DNA from: the human T2T-CHM13v2.0 reference genome, Homo sapiens
NCBI RefSeq assembly: GCF_009914755.1
Contig: NC_060948.1
DNA length: 64,000 bases
Direction: 5' to 3' (one strand)
Shown: positions 1 to 14,196 of the stretch, in pieces
Layout of the letters: each line of letters starts with the position of its first letter
Position numbering within the stretch: position 1 is the stretch's first letter
Program-made: the position numbers and the translations under genes
The notes under the pieces: model-generated
Seen by the model: only the letters and a program-made list of their open reading frames with translations
Database searches by the model: none
Told to the model about the DNA's origin: nothing

Positions 1-1286
1 GGACTCCAATGGAATGGATTCAAAAGGAATGGAATCGTACGGAATGGAATCTAATGGAATGGAATTAAATGGAAATGAATCAAATTGAATAGCACGGAAT
101 TGAATTGAATGGAATGGAATGCAATGGAATCTAATGAAACGGAAAGGAAAGGAATGGAATGGAATGGAATGGGCTGGAATGGAAAGGAATCGAAACGAAT
201 GGAATGGAATCGAACTGAAGAGACTGGAATGGAATGCACTGGAATGGAAGGGAGTGTAATGGAAGGTTGTCGAAAAAAATGGAATCGAATGGAATGGAAT
301 TGAATGGAACGGAATAGAGTCGAATGGAATTGAATGGAATGGAATGGACTAGAGTGAAATGGAATCGAACCACAAGGAATGGAGAGGAACAGAATGGTCT
401 CGAATTGAATGGAATCGTATGGAATGGCATCAAACGGAATGGAATGGACAGCCACGGAATGGAATGCACTCGAATGCAATGGAGTCGAAACTAATGGACT
501 GGAATAGAATGGACTCGACTGGTACGGACTCCAATGGAATGGAATCGAATGGAAGGGAATCGAACGGAATGGACTTGAAGGGAAAAGACTGCAATGGAAA
601 GGTCTCGAATGGAATGGAAATTAATGGAATGGAATGGAATCGAATGAAATGGAGTCAAAAGGAATGGAATCGAATGGCAAGAAATCGAATGTAATGGAAT
701 CGCAAGGAATTGATGTGAACGGAACGGAATGGAATGGAATCCAAAGGAATGGAATAGAATGGAATGGAATCGAATGGAAAGGACTCGAATGGAAATCACT
801 CGAATAGAATGCAATTTAATAAAATAGGATCAAATGTAATGGAATGGAATGGAAAGGAATCGAAACGAAAGGAATGGAGACAGATGGAATGGAATAGAAC
901 AGAGAGCAATGGTATAGAATGGAATGGAATCATCTGGAATGGAATTGAATGGAATGGAATAATATGAAATGGAATGGAATGGAATGGAATGGAATGCCCT
1001 TGAATTAAAAGGACTGGAATGGAATGGACTCGAACAGAGTGGAATGGAAAGTGTTGAGATAGAATGGAATGGACTCCTTTGGAATGGTGTAGTATGCAAT
1101 GCAATCGACTGGCAGGGAATCAAAAGGAATGTAATCGAATGGATTGGACTGGAATGCAATGGACTCGAATAGATTGCAAACGGAATGCAAAGGAATGGAA
1201 TGGAATAGTATGGAATGGAATGGAAAGGAATGGAGTGGAATAGACTAGAGTGGAATGGAATGGACTGGAAAGCAATGGACTGGAAT

Positions 1287-1301
1287 GGAACTTTCTTGAA
1301 T
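1287..1301. promoter_or_regulatory. Perfect heat-shock element motif nGAAnnTTCnnGAAn (site b; representative copy)
   Basis: gGAActTTCttGAAt. Recurs per unit, broken (GAA>GAT) in units 9, 10, 11 and 14. Motif match only; binding is not shown. Confidence 0.5.
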
Positions 1302-3095
1302 GGACTGGAATCAAACGGAATGGAATGCAATGCAATCAAATGGCATGGAATAAAATAGAATGAAAGAGAATCAAATGGAATTGAATCGAATGGAATCGAA
1401 TGGATTAGAAAGGAATAGAATGGAATGGAATGGAATGGACTCAAATGGAATGGACTAGAATGGAATGGATTCGAATGGAAGGCAAAGGAATGGAATCTAT
1501 TGGAATGGACTGTAATGGAATGGAATGGAAGGGATTGGAATGGACTCGAATGGAATGGACTGCAATAGAAAGGATTCGAATGGAATGAAAAAGAATTGAA
1601 TGGAATAGAACAGAATGGAATCAAATCGAATGAAATGGAATGGAATAGAAAGGAATGGAATGAAATGGAATGGAAAGGATTCGAATGGAATGCAATCGAA
1701 TGGAATGGAATCGAACGGAATGGAATAAAATGGAAGAAAACTGGCAAGAAATGGAATCGAAATGAATGGAGTGTTATGGAACGGACTCAAAAGGAATTGA
1801 ATGTAATAGAATGGAGTGGAGTGGACTCGAATATAATGGACTGGAATGGAATGAAATCACATGGAATGGGAACGAATGGAATGGAATGGAAAGGAATGGA
1901 ATCGAATGGAAAGGAATCGAATGGAAGGGAATGAAATTGAATCAACAGGAATGGAAGGGAATAGAATAGACGGTAATGGAATGGACTCGAATAGAATGGA
2001 CACGAATGCTCAAATTGAATGGACTCGAATGGAATGGAAACGAAAGGAATGTCATCGAATGGAATTGAATCGATTGGAATGAAATCGCATAGAATGGAGT
2101 GGAATCAAATGGAATTGAATCGAAAGGAAAGGAAGCGAATGGACTGAAATGAAATGGAATGGAATTGAATGGAAAGTAATGCAATGGAATAGAATGGAAC
2201 GAAATTTCACGGAATGGAATCAAACTGAATGGAATCAAATCAATGGAATCAAATCAAATGGAATGGAAAGGAATTGAATGGAGTAGATTGGATTGGATGG
2301 GATTGGAATGAAATGTACTGGAAAGGACTCGAATTTCATGAAACGGAATGGAATGAATTGGAACGGAATGGACTCGAATGGAATGGAATGTCATGGAATG
2401 GCATCAAATGGAATGGCATCAAATGGAATGGAATCGAATGCAATGGAATGCTATGGAATGGAATGGAATGCATTGGAATGGAATGTCCTCAAATGGAATG
2501 GATTCGAGTGGAATGGAATCGAATATAATGGAGTCGAATGAAATGGAATTGAAAGGAATGGGATCGAATACAATGGAATATACTGGAATGTAATGTAATG
2601 AACTCGAATGTAATTGACTGGAATGGAATATACATGAATGGAATGTAATCGAATGGAAAGTAATCCAATGGAATAGAATCTAATGCAATAAAATCGACTC
2701 AGATAGAGTAGAATGTAATGGAATGGAGTGCAGTGCAATGGAATGGAATGGAATGGAATGCAATTGAATGGAATGGAATGGAATGGAATGGAATGGAATG
2801 GGATGGAATGGTATGGAATGGATAGTAATGGACTGGAGTGAAATGGACTGGAAAGGAATGGACTCAAATTGAAAGGGCTCGAAAGGAATGGAGTCAAATG
2901 GAATGGTCTGGAATGGAATGAACACGAATGTAATGCAATCCAATAGAATGGAATCGAATGGCATGGAATATAAAGAAATGGAATCGGAGAGAATGGAATT
3001 GAATGGAATGGGAACGAATGGAGTGAAATTGTATGCAGTAGAAGGGAATAGAATGGAATGCAAGCGAAAGGAAAGGAATGGATTGGAATGGAATG

Positions 3096-3139
3096 GAATT
3101 CATTGGAATGGAAGGGATTGCAGTGTAATGGACAGGCCT
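3096..3139. other. Once-per-unit EcoRI (GAATTC, 3096-3101) and StuI/HaeIII (AGGCCT, 3134-3139) landmark
   Basis: Read directly and retained in all units. It would yield the ~3.5 kb EcoRI/HaeIII band by which DYZ1 was classically defined. Confidence 0.85.
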
Positions 3140-3509
3140 GGAATAAAGTGGAATGCTACGGTCTCGAATGGAATAAAAATGTATGGAATGGAATGCAATG
3201 AAATGGAATCGAATGTCATAGAATGTAATGGAATGCAACAAAATGGAATCCAAAATCATTGACTGGAAAGGCTAGGTGTCGAAAGGAATTGACTCCAATG
3301 GAATGGAATCGAATGGAATGGAAGTGAATAGAATCGAACTAAATCGAATGGAATGGAATTGATAGGAACGGAATGGAAAGGAATGCAATGATTTGGCTTG
3401 GAATGGAATCGAATGGCATCGAATGGAATGGAATGGAATGCAATGGAATGGAATGTATTAGAATGTAATGAACTTTAATGGAATGTACTCGAATGGATTC
3501 GACTGGAAT

Positions 3510-3524
3510 GGAATGTTCTGGAAG
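3510..3524. promoter_or_regulatory. Perfect heat-shock element motif (site c; representative copy)
   Basis: gGAAtgTTCtgGAAg, intact in all 18 units as read. Motif match only. Confidence 0.5.
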
Positions 3525-3789
3525 TGAATGGACTCCAATGGAATGGATTCAAAAGGAATGGAATCGTACGGAATGGAATCTAATGGAATGGAATTAAATG
3601 GAAATGAATCAAATTGAATAGCACGGAATTGAATTGAATGGAATGGAATGCAATGGAATCTAATGAAACGGAAAGGAAAGGAATGGAATGGAATGGAATG
3701 GGCTGGAATGGAAAGGAATCGAAACGAATGGAATGGAATCGAACTGAAGAGACTGGAATGGAATGCACTGGAATGGAAGGGAGTGTAAT

Positions 3790-3804
3790 GGAAGGTTCTC
3801 GAAA
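3790..3804. promoter_or_regulatory. Perfect heat-shock element motif (site a; representative copy)
   Basis: gGAAggTTCtcGAAa, intact in units 2-18 and mutated to TTG in unit 1 (~269). Motif match only. Confidence 0.5.
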
Positions 3805-6268
3805 AAAATGGAATCGAATGGATTGGAATTGAATGGAACGGAATAGAGTCGAATGGAATTGAATGGAATGGAATGGACTAGAGTGAAATGGAATCGAACC
3901 ACAAGGAATGGACAGGAATAGAATGGTCTCGAATTGAATGGAATCGTATGGAATGGCATCAAACGGAATGGAATGGACAGCCACGGAATGGAATGCACTC
4001 GAATGCAATGGAGTCGAAACTAATGGACTGGAATAGAATGGACTCGACTGGTACGGACTCCAATGGAATGGAATCGAATGGAAGGGAATCGAACGGAATG
4101 GACTCGAAGGGAAAAGACTGCAATGGAAAGGTCTCGAATGGAATGGAAATTAATGGAATGGAATGGAATCGAATGAAATGGAGTCAAAAGGAATGGAATC
4201 GAATGGCAAGAAATCGAATGTAATGGAATCGCAAGGAATTGATGTGAACGGAACGGAATGGAATGGAATCCAAAGGAATGGAATAGAATGGAATGGAATC
4301 GAATGGAAAGGACTCGAATGGAAATCACTCGAATAGAATGCAATTTAATAAAATAGGATCAAATGTAATGGAATGGAATGGAAAGGAATCGAAACGAAAG
4401 GAATGGAGACAGATGGAATGGAATGGAACAGAGAGCAATGGTATAGAATGGAATGGAATCATCTGGAATGGAATTGAATGGAATGGAATAATATGAAATG
4501 GAATGGAATGGAATGGAATGGAATGCCCTTGAATTAAATGGACTGGAACGGAATGGACTCGAACAGAGTGGAATGGAAAGTGTTGAGATAGAATGGAATG
4601 GACTCCTTTGGAATGGTGTAGTATGCAATGCAATCGACTGGCAGGGAATCAAAAGGAATGTAATGGAATGGACTGGACTGGAATGCAATGGACTCGAATA
4701 GATTGGAAACGGAATGCAAAGGAATGGAATGGAATAGTATGGAATGGAATGGAAAGGAATGGAGTGGAATAGACTAGAGTGGAATGGAATGGACTGGAAA
4801 GCAATGGACTGGAATGGAACTTTCTTGAATGGACTGGAATCAAACGGAATGGAATGCAATGCAATCAAATGGCATGGAATAAAATAGAATGAAAGAGAAT
4901 CAAATGGAATTGAATCGAATGGAATCGAATGGATTGGAAAGGAATAGAATGGAATGGAATGGAATTGACTCAAATGGAATGGACTAGAATGGAATGGATT
5001 CGAATGGAAGGCAAAGGAATGGAATCTATTGGAATGGACTGTAATGGAATGGAATGGAAGGGATTGGAATGGACTCGAATGGAATGGACTGCAATAGAAA
5101 GGATTCGAATGGAATGAAAAAGAATTGAATGGAATAGAACAGAATGGAATGAAATCGAATGAAATGGAATGGAATAGAAAGGAATGGAATGAAATGGAAT
5201 GGAAAGGATTCGAATGGAATGCAATCGAATGGAATGGAATCGAACGGAATGGAATAAAATGGAAGAAAACAGGCAAGAAATGGAATCGAAATGAATGGAG
5301 TGTTATGGAACGGACTCAAAAGGAATTGAATGTAATAGAATGGAGTGGAGTGGACTCGAATATAATGGACTGGAATGGAATGAAATCACATGGAATGGGA
5401 ACGAATGGAATGGAATGGAAAGGAATGGAATCGAATGGAAAGGAATCGAATGGAAGGGAATGAAATTGAATCAACAGGAATGGAAGGGAATAGAATAGAC
5501 GGTAATGGAATGGACTCGAATAGAATGGACACGAATGCTCAAATTGAATGGACTCGAATGGAATGGAAACGAAAGGAATGTCATCGAATGGAATTGAATC
5601 GATTGGAATGAAATCGCATAGAATGGAGTGGAATCAAATGGAATTGAATCGAAAGGAAAGGAAGCGAATGGACTGAAATGAAATGGAATGGAATTGAATG
5701 GAAAGTAATGCAATGGAATAGAATGGAACGAAATTTCACGGAATGGAATCAAACTGAATGGAATCAAATCAATGGAATCTAATCAAATGGAATGGAAAGG
5801 AATTGAATGGAGTAGATTGGATTGGATGGGATTGGAATGAAATGTACTGGAAAGGACTCGAATTTCATGAAACGGAATGGAATGAATTGGAACGGAATGG
5901 ACTCGAATGGAATGGAATGTCATGGAATGGCATCAAATGGAATGGCATCAAATGGAATGGAATCGAATGCAATGGAATGTTATGGAATGGAATGGAATGC
6001 ATTGGAATGGAATGTCCTCTAATGGAATGGATTCGAGTGGAATGGAATCGAATATAATGGAGTCGAATGAAATGGAATTGAAAGGAATGGGATCGAATAG
6101 AATGGAATATACTGGAATGTAATGTAATGAACTCGAATGTAATTGACTGGAATGGAATGTACATGAATGGAATGTAATCGAATGGAAAGTAATCCAATGG
6201 AATAGATTCTAATGCAATAAAACCGACTCAGATAGAGTAGAATGTAATGGAATGGAGTGCAGTGCAAT

Positions 6269-6348
6269 GGAATGGAATGGAATAGAATGCAATGGAATGG
6301 AATGGAATGGAATGGAATGGAATGGAATGGAATGGAATGGAATGGAAT
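6269..6348 (+). repeat. Hypervariable near-pure (GGAAT)n microsatellite tract within the unit (representative copy)
   Basis: Lies between GTGCAGTGCAAT and GGGATGGAATGG; 10-16 pentamers depending on the unit. Confidence 0.85.
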
Positions 6349-7108
6349 GGGATGGAATGGTATGGAATGGATAGTAATGGACTGGAGTGAAATGGACTGG
6401 AAAGGAATGGACTCAAATTGAAAGGGCTCGAAAGGAATGGAGTCAAATGGAATGGTCTGGAATGGAATGAACACGAATGTAATGCAATCCAATAGAATGG
6501 AATCGAATGGCATGGAATATAAAGAAATGGATTCGAAGAGAATGGAAACAAATGGAATGGAATTGAATGGAATGGAATTGAATGGAATGGGAACGAATGG
6601 AGTGAAATTGTATGCAGTAGAAGGGAATAGAATGGAATGCAAGCGAAAGGAAAGGAATGGATTGGAATGGAATGGAATTCATTGGAATGGAAGGGAATGT
6701 AGTGTAATGGACAGGCCTGGAATAAAGTGGAATGCTACGGTCTCGAATGGAATAAAAATGTATGGAATGGAATGCAATGAAACGGAATCGAATGTCATAG
6801 AATGTAATGGAATGCAACAAAATGGAATCCAAAATCATTGACTGGAAAGGCTGGGTGTCGAAAGGAATTGACTCCAATGGAATGGAATCGAATGGAATGG
6901 AAGTGAATAGAATCGAACTAAATCGAATGGAATCGAATTGATAGGAACGGAATGGAAAGGAATGCAATGATTTGGCATGGAATGGAATCGAATGGCATCG
7001 AATGGAATGGAATGGAATGCAATGGAATGGAATGTATTAGAATGTAATGAACTTTAATGGAATGTACTCGAATGGATTCGACTGGAATGGAATGTTCTGG
7101 AAGTGAAT

Positions 7109-10100
7109 GGACTCCAATGGAATGGATTCAAAAGGAATGGAATCGTACGGAATGGAATCTAATGGAATGCAATTAAATGGAAATGAATCAAATTGAATAG
7201 CACGGAATTGAATTGAATGGAATGGAATGCAATGGAATCTAATGAAACGGAAAGGAAAGGAATGGAATGGAATGGAATGGGCTGGAATGGAAAGGAATCG
7301 AAACGAATGGAATGGAATCGAACTGAAGAGACTGGAATGGAATGCACTGGAATGGAAGGGAGTGTAATGGAAGGTTCTCGAAAAAAATGGAATCGAATGG
7401 AATGGAATTGAATGGAACGGAATAGAGTCGAATGGAATTGAATGGAATGGAATGGACTAGAGTGAAATGGAATCGAACCACAAGGAATGGAGAGGAATAG
7501 AATGGTCTCGAATTGAATGGAATCGTATGGAATGGCATCAAACGGAATGGAATGGACAGCCACGGAATGGAATGCACTCGAATGCAATGGAGTCGAAACT
7601 AATGGACTGGAATAGAATGGACTCGACTGGTACGGACTCCAATGGAATGGAATCGAATGGAAGGGAATCGAACGGAATGGACTCGAAGGGAAAAGACTGC
7701 AATGGAAAGGTCTCGAATGGAATGGAAATTAATGGAATGGAATGGAATCGAATGAAATGGAGTCAAAAGGAATGGAATCGAATGGCAAGAAATCGAATGT
7801 AATGGAATCGCAAGGAATTGATGTGAACGGAACGGAATGGAATGGAATCCAAAGGAATGGAATAGAATGGAATGGAATCGAATGGAAAGGACTCGAATGG
7901 AAATCACTCGAATAGAATGCAATTTAATAAAATAGGATCAAATGTAATGGAATGGAATGGAAAGGAATCGAAACGAAAGGAATGGAGACAGATGGAATGG
8001 AATAGAACAGAGAGCAATGGTATAGAATGGAATGGAATCATCTGGAATGGAATTGAATGGAATGGAATAATATGAAATGGAATGGAATGGAATGGAATGG
8101 AATGCCCTTGAATTAAATGGACTGGAATGGAATGGACTCGAACAGAGTGGAATGGAAAGTGTTGAGATAGAATGGAATGGACTCCTTTGGAATGGTGTAG
8201 TATGCAATGCAATCGACTGGCAGGGAATCAAAAGGAATGTAATCGAATGGATTGGACTGGAATGCAATGGACTCGAATAGATTGCAAACGGAATGCAAAG
8301 GAATGGAATGGAATAGTATGGAATGGAATGGAAAGGAATGGAGTGGAATAGACTAGAGTGGAATGGAATGGACTGGAAAGCAATGGACTGGAATGGAACT
8401 TTCTTGAATGGACTGGAATCAAACGGAATGGAATGCAATGCAATCAAATGGCATGGAATAAAATAGAATGAAAGAGAATCAAATGGAATTGAATCGAATG
8501 GAATCGAATGGATTAGAAAGGAATAGAATGGAATGGAATGGAATGGACTCAAATGGAATGGACTAGAATGGAATGGATTCGAATGGAAGGCAAAGGAATG
8601 GAATCTATTGGAATGGACTGTAATGGAATGGAATGGAAGGGATTGGAATGGACTCGAATGGAATGGACTGCAATAGAAAGGATTCGAATGGAATGAAAAA
8701 GAATTGAATGGAATAGAACAGAATGGAATCAAATCGAATGAAATGGAATGGAATAGAAAGGAATGGAATGAAATGGAATGGAAAGGATTCGAATGGAATG
8801 CAATCGAATGGAATGGAATCGAACGGAATGGAATAAAATGGAAGAAAACTGGCAAGAAATGGAATCGAAATGAATGGAGTGTTATGGAACGGACTCAAAA
8901 GGAATTGAATGTAATAGAATGGAGTGGAGTGGACTCGAATATAATGGACTGGAATGGAATGAAATCACATGGAATGGGAACGAATGGAATGGAATGGAAA
9001 GGAATGGAATCGAATGGAAAGGAATCGAATGGAAGGGAATGAAATTGAATCAACAGGAATGGAAGGGAATAGAATAGACGGTAATGGAATGGACTCGAAT
9101 AGAATGGACACGAATGCTCAAATTGAATGGACTCGAATGGAATGGAAACGAAAGGAATGTCATCGAATGGAATTGAATCGATTGGAATGAAATCGCATAG
9201 AATGGAGTGGAATCAAATGGAATTGAATCGAAAGGAAAGGAAGCGAATGGACTGAAATGAAATGGAATGGAATTGAATGGAAAGTAATGCAATGGAATAG
9301 AATGGAACGAAATTTCACGGAATGGAATCAAACTGAATGGAATCAAATCAATGGAATCAAATCAAATGGAATGGAAAGGAATTGAATGGAGTAGATTGGA
9401 TTGGATGGGATTGGAATGAAATGTACTGGAAAGGACTCGAATTTCATGAAACGGAATGGAATGAATTGGAAAGGAATGGACTCGAATGGAATGGAATGTC
9501 ATGGAATGGCATCAAATGGAATGGCATCAAATGGAATGGAATCGAATGCAATGGAATGCTATGGAATGGAATGGAATGCATTGGAATGGAATGTCCTCAA
9601 ATGGAATGGATTCGAGTGGAATGGAATCGAATATAATGGAGTCGAATGAAATGGAATTGAAAGGAATGGGATCGAATACAATGGAATATACTGGAATGTA
9701 ATGTAATGAACTCGAATGTAATTGACTGGAATGGAATATACATGAATGGAATGTAATCGAATGGAAAGTAATCCAATGGAATAGAATCTAATGCAATAAA
9801 ATCGACTCAGATAGAGTAGAATGTAATGGAATGGAGTGCAGTGCAATGGAATGGAATGGAATGGAATGCAATTGAATGGAATGGAATGGAATGGAATGGA
9901 ATGGAATGGAATGGAATGGAATGGGATGGAATGGTATGGAATGGATAGTAATGGACTGGAGTGAAATGGACTGGAAAGGAATGGACTCAAATTGAAAGGG
10001 CTCGAAAGGAATGGAGTCAAATGGAATGGTCTGGAATGGAATGAACACGAATGTAATGCAATCCAATAGAATGGAATCGAATGGCATGGAATATAAAGAA

Positions 10101-10652
10101 ATGGAATCGGAGAGAATGGAATTGAATGGAATGGGAACGAATGGAGTGAAATTGTATGCAGTAGAAGGGAATAGAATGGAATGCAAGCGAAAGGAAAGGA
10201 ATGGATTGGAATGGAATGGAATTCATTGGAATGGAAGGGAATGCAGTGTAATGGACAGGCCTGGAATAAAGTGGAATGCTACGGTCTCGAATGGAATAAA
10301 AATGTATGGAATGGAATGCAATGAAATGGAATCGAATGTCATAGAATGTAATGGAATGCAACAAAATGGAATCCAAAATCATTGACTGGAAAGGCTAGGT
10401 GTCGAAAGGAATTGACTCCAATGGAATGGAATCGAATGGAATGGAAGTGAATAGAATCGAACTAAATCGAATGGAATGGAATTGATAGGAACGGAATGGA
10501 AAGGAATGCAATGATTTGGCTTGGAATGGAATCGAATGGCATCGAATGGAATGGAATGGAATGCAATGGAATGGAATGTATTAGAATGTAATGAACTTTA
10601 ATGGAATGTACTCGAATGGATTCGACTGGAATGGAATGTTCTGGAAGTGAAT
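7109..10652 (+). repeat. HOR unit 3 (3544 bp), type A
   Basis: Shares unit 1 markers including GGAGAGG; 15 bp longer in the variable tract. Confidence 0.9.
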
Positions 10653-13600
10653 GGACTCCAATGGAATGGATTCAAAAGGAATGGAATCGTACGGAATGGA
10701 ATCTAATGGAATGGAATTAAATGGAAATGAATCAAATTGAATAGCATGGAATTGAATTGAATGGAATCGAATGCAATGGAATCTAATGAAACGGAAAGGA
10801 AAGGAATGGAATGGAATGGAATGGGCTGGAATGGAAAGGAATCGAAACGAATGGAATGGAATCGAACTGAAGAGACTGGAATGGAATGCACTGGAATGGA
10901 AGGGAGTGTAATGGAAGGTTCTCGAAAAAAATGGAATCGAATGGAATGGAATTGAATGGAACGGAATAGAGTCGAATGGAATTGAATGGAATGGAATGGA
11001 CTAGAGTGAAATGGAATCGAACCACAAGGAATGGACAGGAATAGAATGGTCTCGAATTGAATGGAATCGTATGGAATGGCATCAAACGGAATGGAATGGA
11101 CAGCCACGGAATGGAATGCACTCGAATGCAATGGAGTCGAAACTAATGGACTGGAATAGAATGGACTCGACTGGTACGGACTCCAATGGAATGGAATCGA
11201 ATGGAAGGGAATCGAACGGAATGGACTCGAAGGGAAAAGACTGCAATGGAAAGGTCTCGAATGGAATGGAAATTAATGGAATGGAATGGAATCGAATGAA
11301 ATGGAGTCAAAAGGAATGGAATCGAATGGCAAGAAATCGAATGTAATGGAATGGCAAGGAATTGATGTGAACGGAACGGAATGGAATGGAATCCAAAGGA
11401 ATGGAATAGAATGGAATGGAATCGAATGGAAAGGACTCGAATGGAAATCACTGGAATAGAATGCAATTTAATAAAATAGGATCAAATGTAATGGAATGGA
11501 ATGGAAAGGAATCGAAACGAAAGGAATGGAGACAGATGGAATGGAATGGAACAGAGAGCAATGGTATAGAATGGAATGGAATCATCTGGAATGGAATTGA
11601 ATGGAATGGAATAATATGAAATGGAATGGAATGGAATGGAATGGAATGCCCTTGAATTAAATGGACTGGAATGGAATGGACTCGAACAGAGTGGAATGGA
11701 AAGTGTTGAGATAGAATGGAATGGACTCCTTTGGAATGGTGTAGTATGCAATGCAATCGACTGGCAGGGAATCAAAAGGAATGTAATGGAATGGACTGGA
11801 CTGGAATGCAATGGACTCGAATAGATTGGAAACGGAATGCAAAGGAATGGAATGGAATAGTATGGAATGGAATGGAAAGGAATGGAGTGGAATAGACTAG
11901 AGTGGAATGGAATGGACTGGAAAGCAATGGACTGGAATGGAACTTTCTTGAATGGACTGGAATCAAACGGAATGGAATGCAATGCAATCAAATGGCATGG
12001 AATAAAATAGAATGAAAGAGAATCAAATGGAATTGAATCGAATGGAATCGAATGGATTGGAAAGGAATAGAATGGAATGGAATGGAATTGACTCAAATGG
12101 AATGGACTAGAATGGAATGGATTCGAATGGAAGGCAAAGGAATGGAATCTATTGGAATGGACTGTAATGGAATGGAATGGAAGGGATTGGAATGGACTCG
12201 AATGGAATGGACTGCAATAGAAAGGATTCGAATGGAATGAAAAAGAATTGAATGGAATAGAACAGAATGGAATCAAATCGAATGAAATGGAATGGAATAG
12301 AAAGGAATGGAATGAAATGGAATGGAAAGGATTCGAATGGAATGCAATCGAATGGAATGGAATCGAACGGAATGGAATAAAATGGAAGAAAACAGGCAAG
12401 AAATGGAATCGAAATGAATGGAGTGTTATGGAACGGACTCAAAAGGAATTGAATGTAATAGAATGGAGTGGAGTGGACTCGAATATAATGGACTGGAATG
12501 GAATGAAATCACATGGAATGGGAACGAATGGAATGGAATGGAAAGGAATGGAATCGAATGGAAAGGAATCGAATGGAAGGGAATGAAATTGAATCAACAG
12601 GAATGGAAGGGAATAGAATAGACGGTAATGGAATGGACTCGAATAGAATGGACACGAATGCTCAAATTGAATGGACTCGAATGGAATGGAAACGAAAGGA
12701 ATGTCATCGAATGGAATTGAATCGATTGGAATGAAATCGCATAGAATGGAGTGGAATCAAATGGAATTGAATCGAAAGGAAAGGAAGCGAATGGACTGAA
12801 ATGAAATGGAATGGAATTGAATGGAAAGTAATGCAATGGAATAGAATGGAACGAAATTTCACGGAATGGAATCAAACTGAATGGAATCAAATCAATGGAA
12901 TCAAATCAAATGGAATGGAAAGGAATTGAATGGAGTAGATTGGATTGGATGGGATTGGAATGAAATGTACTGGAAAGGACTCGAATTTCATGAAACGGAA
13001 TGGAATGAATTGGAAAGGAATGGACTCGAATGGAATGGAATGTCATGGAATGGCATCAAATGGAATGGCATCAAATGGAATGGAATCGAATGCAATGGAA
13101 TGCTATGGAATGGAATGGAATGCATTGGAATGGAATGTCCTCAAATGGAATGGATTCGAGTGGAATGGAATCGAATATAATGGAGTCGAATGAAATGGAA
13201 TTGAAAGGAATGGGATCGAATACAATGGAATATACTGGAATGTAATGTAATGAACTCGAATGTAATTGACTGGAATGGAATATACATGAATGGAATGTAA
13301 TCGAATGGAAAGTAATCCAATGGAATAGAATCTAATGCAATAAAATCGACTCAGATAGAGTAGAATGTAATGGAATGGAGTGCAGTGCAATGGAATGGAA
13401 TGGAATGGAATGCAATTGAATGGAATGGAATGGAATGGAATGGAATGGAATGGAATGGAATGGAATGGGATGGAATGGTATGGAATGGATAGTAATGGAC
13501 TGGAGTGAAATGGACTGGAAAGGAATGGACTCAAATTGAAAGGGCTCGAAAGGAATGGAGTCAAATGGAATGGTCTGGAATGGAATGAACACGAATGTAA

Positions 13601-14196
13601 TGCAATCCAATAGAATGGAATCGAATGGCATGGAATATAAAGAAATGGAATCGGAGAGAATGGAATTGAATGGAATGGGAACGAATGGAGTGAAATTGTA
13701 TGCAGTAGAAGGGAATAGAATGGAATGCAAGCGAAAGGAAAGGAATGGATTGGAATGGAATGGAATTCATTGGAATGGAAGGGAATGCAGTGTAATGGAC
13801 AGGCCTGGAATAAAGTGGAATGCTACGGTCTCGAATGGAATAAAAATGTATGGAATGGAATGCAATGAAATGGAATCGAATGTCATAGAATGTAATGGAA
13901 TGCAACAAAATGGAATCCAAAATCATTGACTGGAAAGGCTAGGTGTCGAAAGGAATTGACTCCAATGGAATGGAATCGAATGGAATGGAAGTGAATAGAA
14001 TCGAACTAAATCGAATGGAATGGAATTGATAGGAACGGAATGGAAAGGAATGCAATGATTTGGCTTGGAATGGAATCGAATGGCATCGAATGGAATGGAA
14101 TGGAATGCAATGGAATGGAATGTATTAGAATGTAATGAACTTTAATGGAATGTACTCGAATGGATTCGACTGGAATGGAATGTTCTGGAAGTGAAT
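10653..14196 (+). repeat. HOR unit 4 (3544 bp), B/A recombinant
   Basis: First half matches unit 5 (AGCATGG, ATGGCAAGG, AAAACAGGC); second half matches unit 3 (TTGGAAAGG, CCTCAAAT, CGGAG). Confidence 0.88.

Larger units (their letters stand above)
1..3529 (+). repeat. HOR unit 1 (3529 bp), variant type A
   Basis: Boundary arbitrarily set at GGACTCCAATGGAATGGATTC. Carries A markers (AGAAC, ATTGCAAA, GGATTAGAA, CCTCAAAT, CGGAG short form lacking 30 bp, GCTAGG, TTGGCTT). Confidence 0.9.
3530..7108 (+). repeat. HOR unit 2 (3579 bp), variant type B
   Basis: B markers (AAAACAGGC, TCTAAT, ATGTTAT, AGATTCT, AAACCGA), long form, longest pure GGAAT run (11 copies, 6294-6348). Confidence 0.9.

Noticed and set aside
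818-823. AATAAA polyadenylation signals (several per unit)
   Set aside because: They arise readily from xxAAT followed by AAAAT pentamers, and there is no transcript context.
830-1747. 305-aa minus-strand ORF and all other FHSIP/MEWNG-rich ORFs
   Set aside because: (GGAAT)n has no stop codon on either strand and supplies ATG every 5 bp, so long ORFs are expected. They overlap in all frames, show no domain or gene structure, and are broken or fused freely between units (136, 270, 279 and 300 aa versions).
1596-1934. Possible poly(WNGME)-like peptide, as made from the SCA31 (TGGAA)n expansion
   Set aside because: The resemblance follows trivially from the pentamer. Nothing here shows transcription or translation, and a diverged 3.5-kb higher-order repeat is not the SCA31 insertion.
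2331-2343. Additional HSE-like strings GAATTTCATGAA and GAAATTTCACGGA
   Set aside because: Spacing or the third unit is wrong, so only two correctly phased nGAAn units are present.
5775-5785. GAATCTAATCA resembling a DUX4 site (TAATCTAATCA)
   Set aside because: It mismatches the first TAAT core, is polymorphic between units, and near-matches are expected in an AAT-rich repeat.
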